Part shown: positions 63,430 to 64,000 of the stretch, piece after piece
Layout of the letters: every line of letters starts with the position of its first letter
How positions within the stretch are numbered: position 1 is the first letter of the stretch
Source of the DNA: Candidatus Bathyarchaeota archaeon
GTDB taxonomy: Archaea; Thermoproteota; Bathyarchaeia; Bathyarchaeales; Bathycorpusculaceae
Length of the DNA stretch: 64,000 bases
Assembly (NCBI GenBank): GCA_963717465.1
Contig: OY970340.1
Location: 2,720,001-2,784,000, forward strand
Direction: 5' to 3'
Notes under the pieces: generated by a model
What the model saw: the letters and a program-made list of their open reading frames with translations, nothing else
Told to the model about the DNA's origin: nothing
Database searches by the model: none
Made by a program: the position numbers and the translations under genes

Positions 63430-63810
63430 CTAATATTCGACGCCTTTAAGATTCTTTGAAACCTCCACTATACGTCCCATAGTCTTCTGACTCTTCATTG
63501 CCTTCATCATGTTAAGCTTCAGCTTAGCCTTCTGCGCACCGAGTTCACCCTTGGAAATACCAGCAAGTATAGCATAAGTAGCAGTTTGACCGAACTCATA
63601 TTCTTTAAGATCAGCAGCTTTAATCTCATCAGCTGTAGTCTTCCCTTTATCAAACTTTAATGCAAAAGCTTTCGGTTGTCCATCAGGACCAAGCACATCA
63701 GTAAAGATAAAAGCTAAAGAGCTCGTAAATCCTGATTTTGAAAACTCTGGATCATTGTTTAAAGCTTCAGCCTGCATCTTATAATAATCCAATGTCCCAT
63801 ACTTCACCAA
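63430..63810 (-). CDS. SCP2 sterol/lipid-binding-like domain protein
   Basis: YGT.DY.....EALNND.EF, beta strands, A.Y...I.KGEL...KLK..M pattern; GGAGGTGA SD. Confidence 0.6.
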   Translation of the reverse strand: MVKYGTLDYYKMQAEALNNDPEFSKSGFTSSLAFIFTDVLGPDGQPKAFALKFDKGKTTADEIKAADLKEYEFGQTATYAILAGISKGELGAQKAKLKLNMMKAMKSQKTMGRIVEVSKNLKGVEY

Positions 63811-64000
63811 ACTATTCACCTCCCTGACCAAGCATTTTTTCCTTTCAGTGTTGCAGAGTGCAAATAAATAATTTGTGTTCTCTATGGTACTAGTTTTTGT
63901 TAAACTGGGCGAGATTTACGCGGGTTCTGAAAATTCTTTGCAAAAAGATCTAATATTTCGACAAATAATTTTGATCTAGAAAATAAAGAGAGAGCACACA

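Overview
Archaeal chromosomal window, most consistent with Candidatus Bathyarchaeia (inferred from gene content and style; not verified by search). Many single-base indels split even essential genes, which suggests uncorrected long-read assembly errors. 1-17.8 kb is housekeeping: trpS end, map, DUF1512, a stand-alone 5S rRNA, an intron-containing tRNA-Trp, an ABC exporter, geranylgeranyl reductase, Lrp/asparagine synthetase and GTP-PEPCK. 17.9-34 kb is a type IV pilus-like cluster followed by pfkB-glmM-glmU. 34.5-37 kb is a tRNA-Thr integration site carrying a 750-bp att-flanked VapBC-only mini-island. thiL, trmY and the uL22-uL30 ribosomal protein block occupy 37-47.5 kb. 47.5-64 kb is accessory. 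The strongest candidate for an unusual system is at 60.6-63.2 kb: a coupled Ubl-E2-JAB-E1 operon without an E3 (Bil-like order). Its ubiquitin-like protein ends in Val-Ala rather than Gly-Gly, and it is divergent from a radical SAM gene. Several unlisted microproteins were also found by manual translation, including a canonical C2H2 zinc finger.
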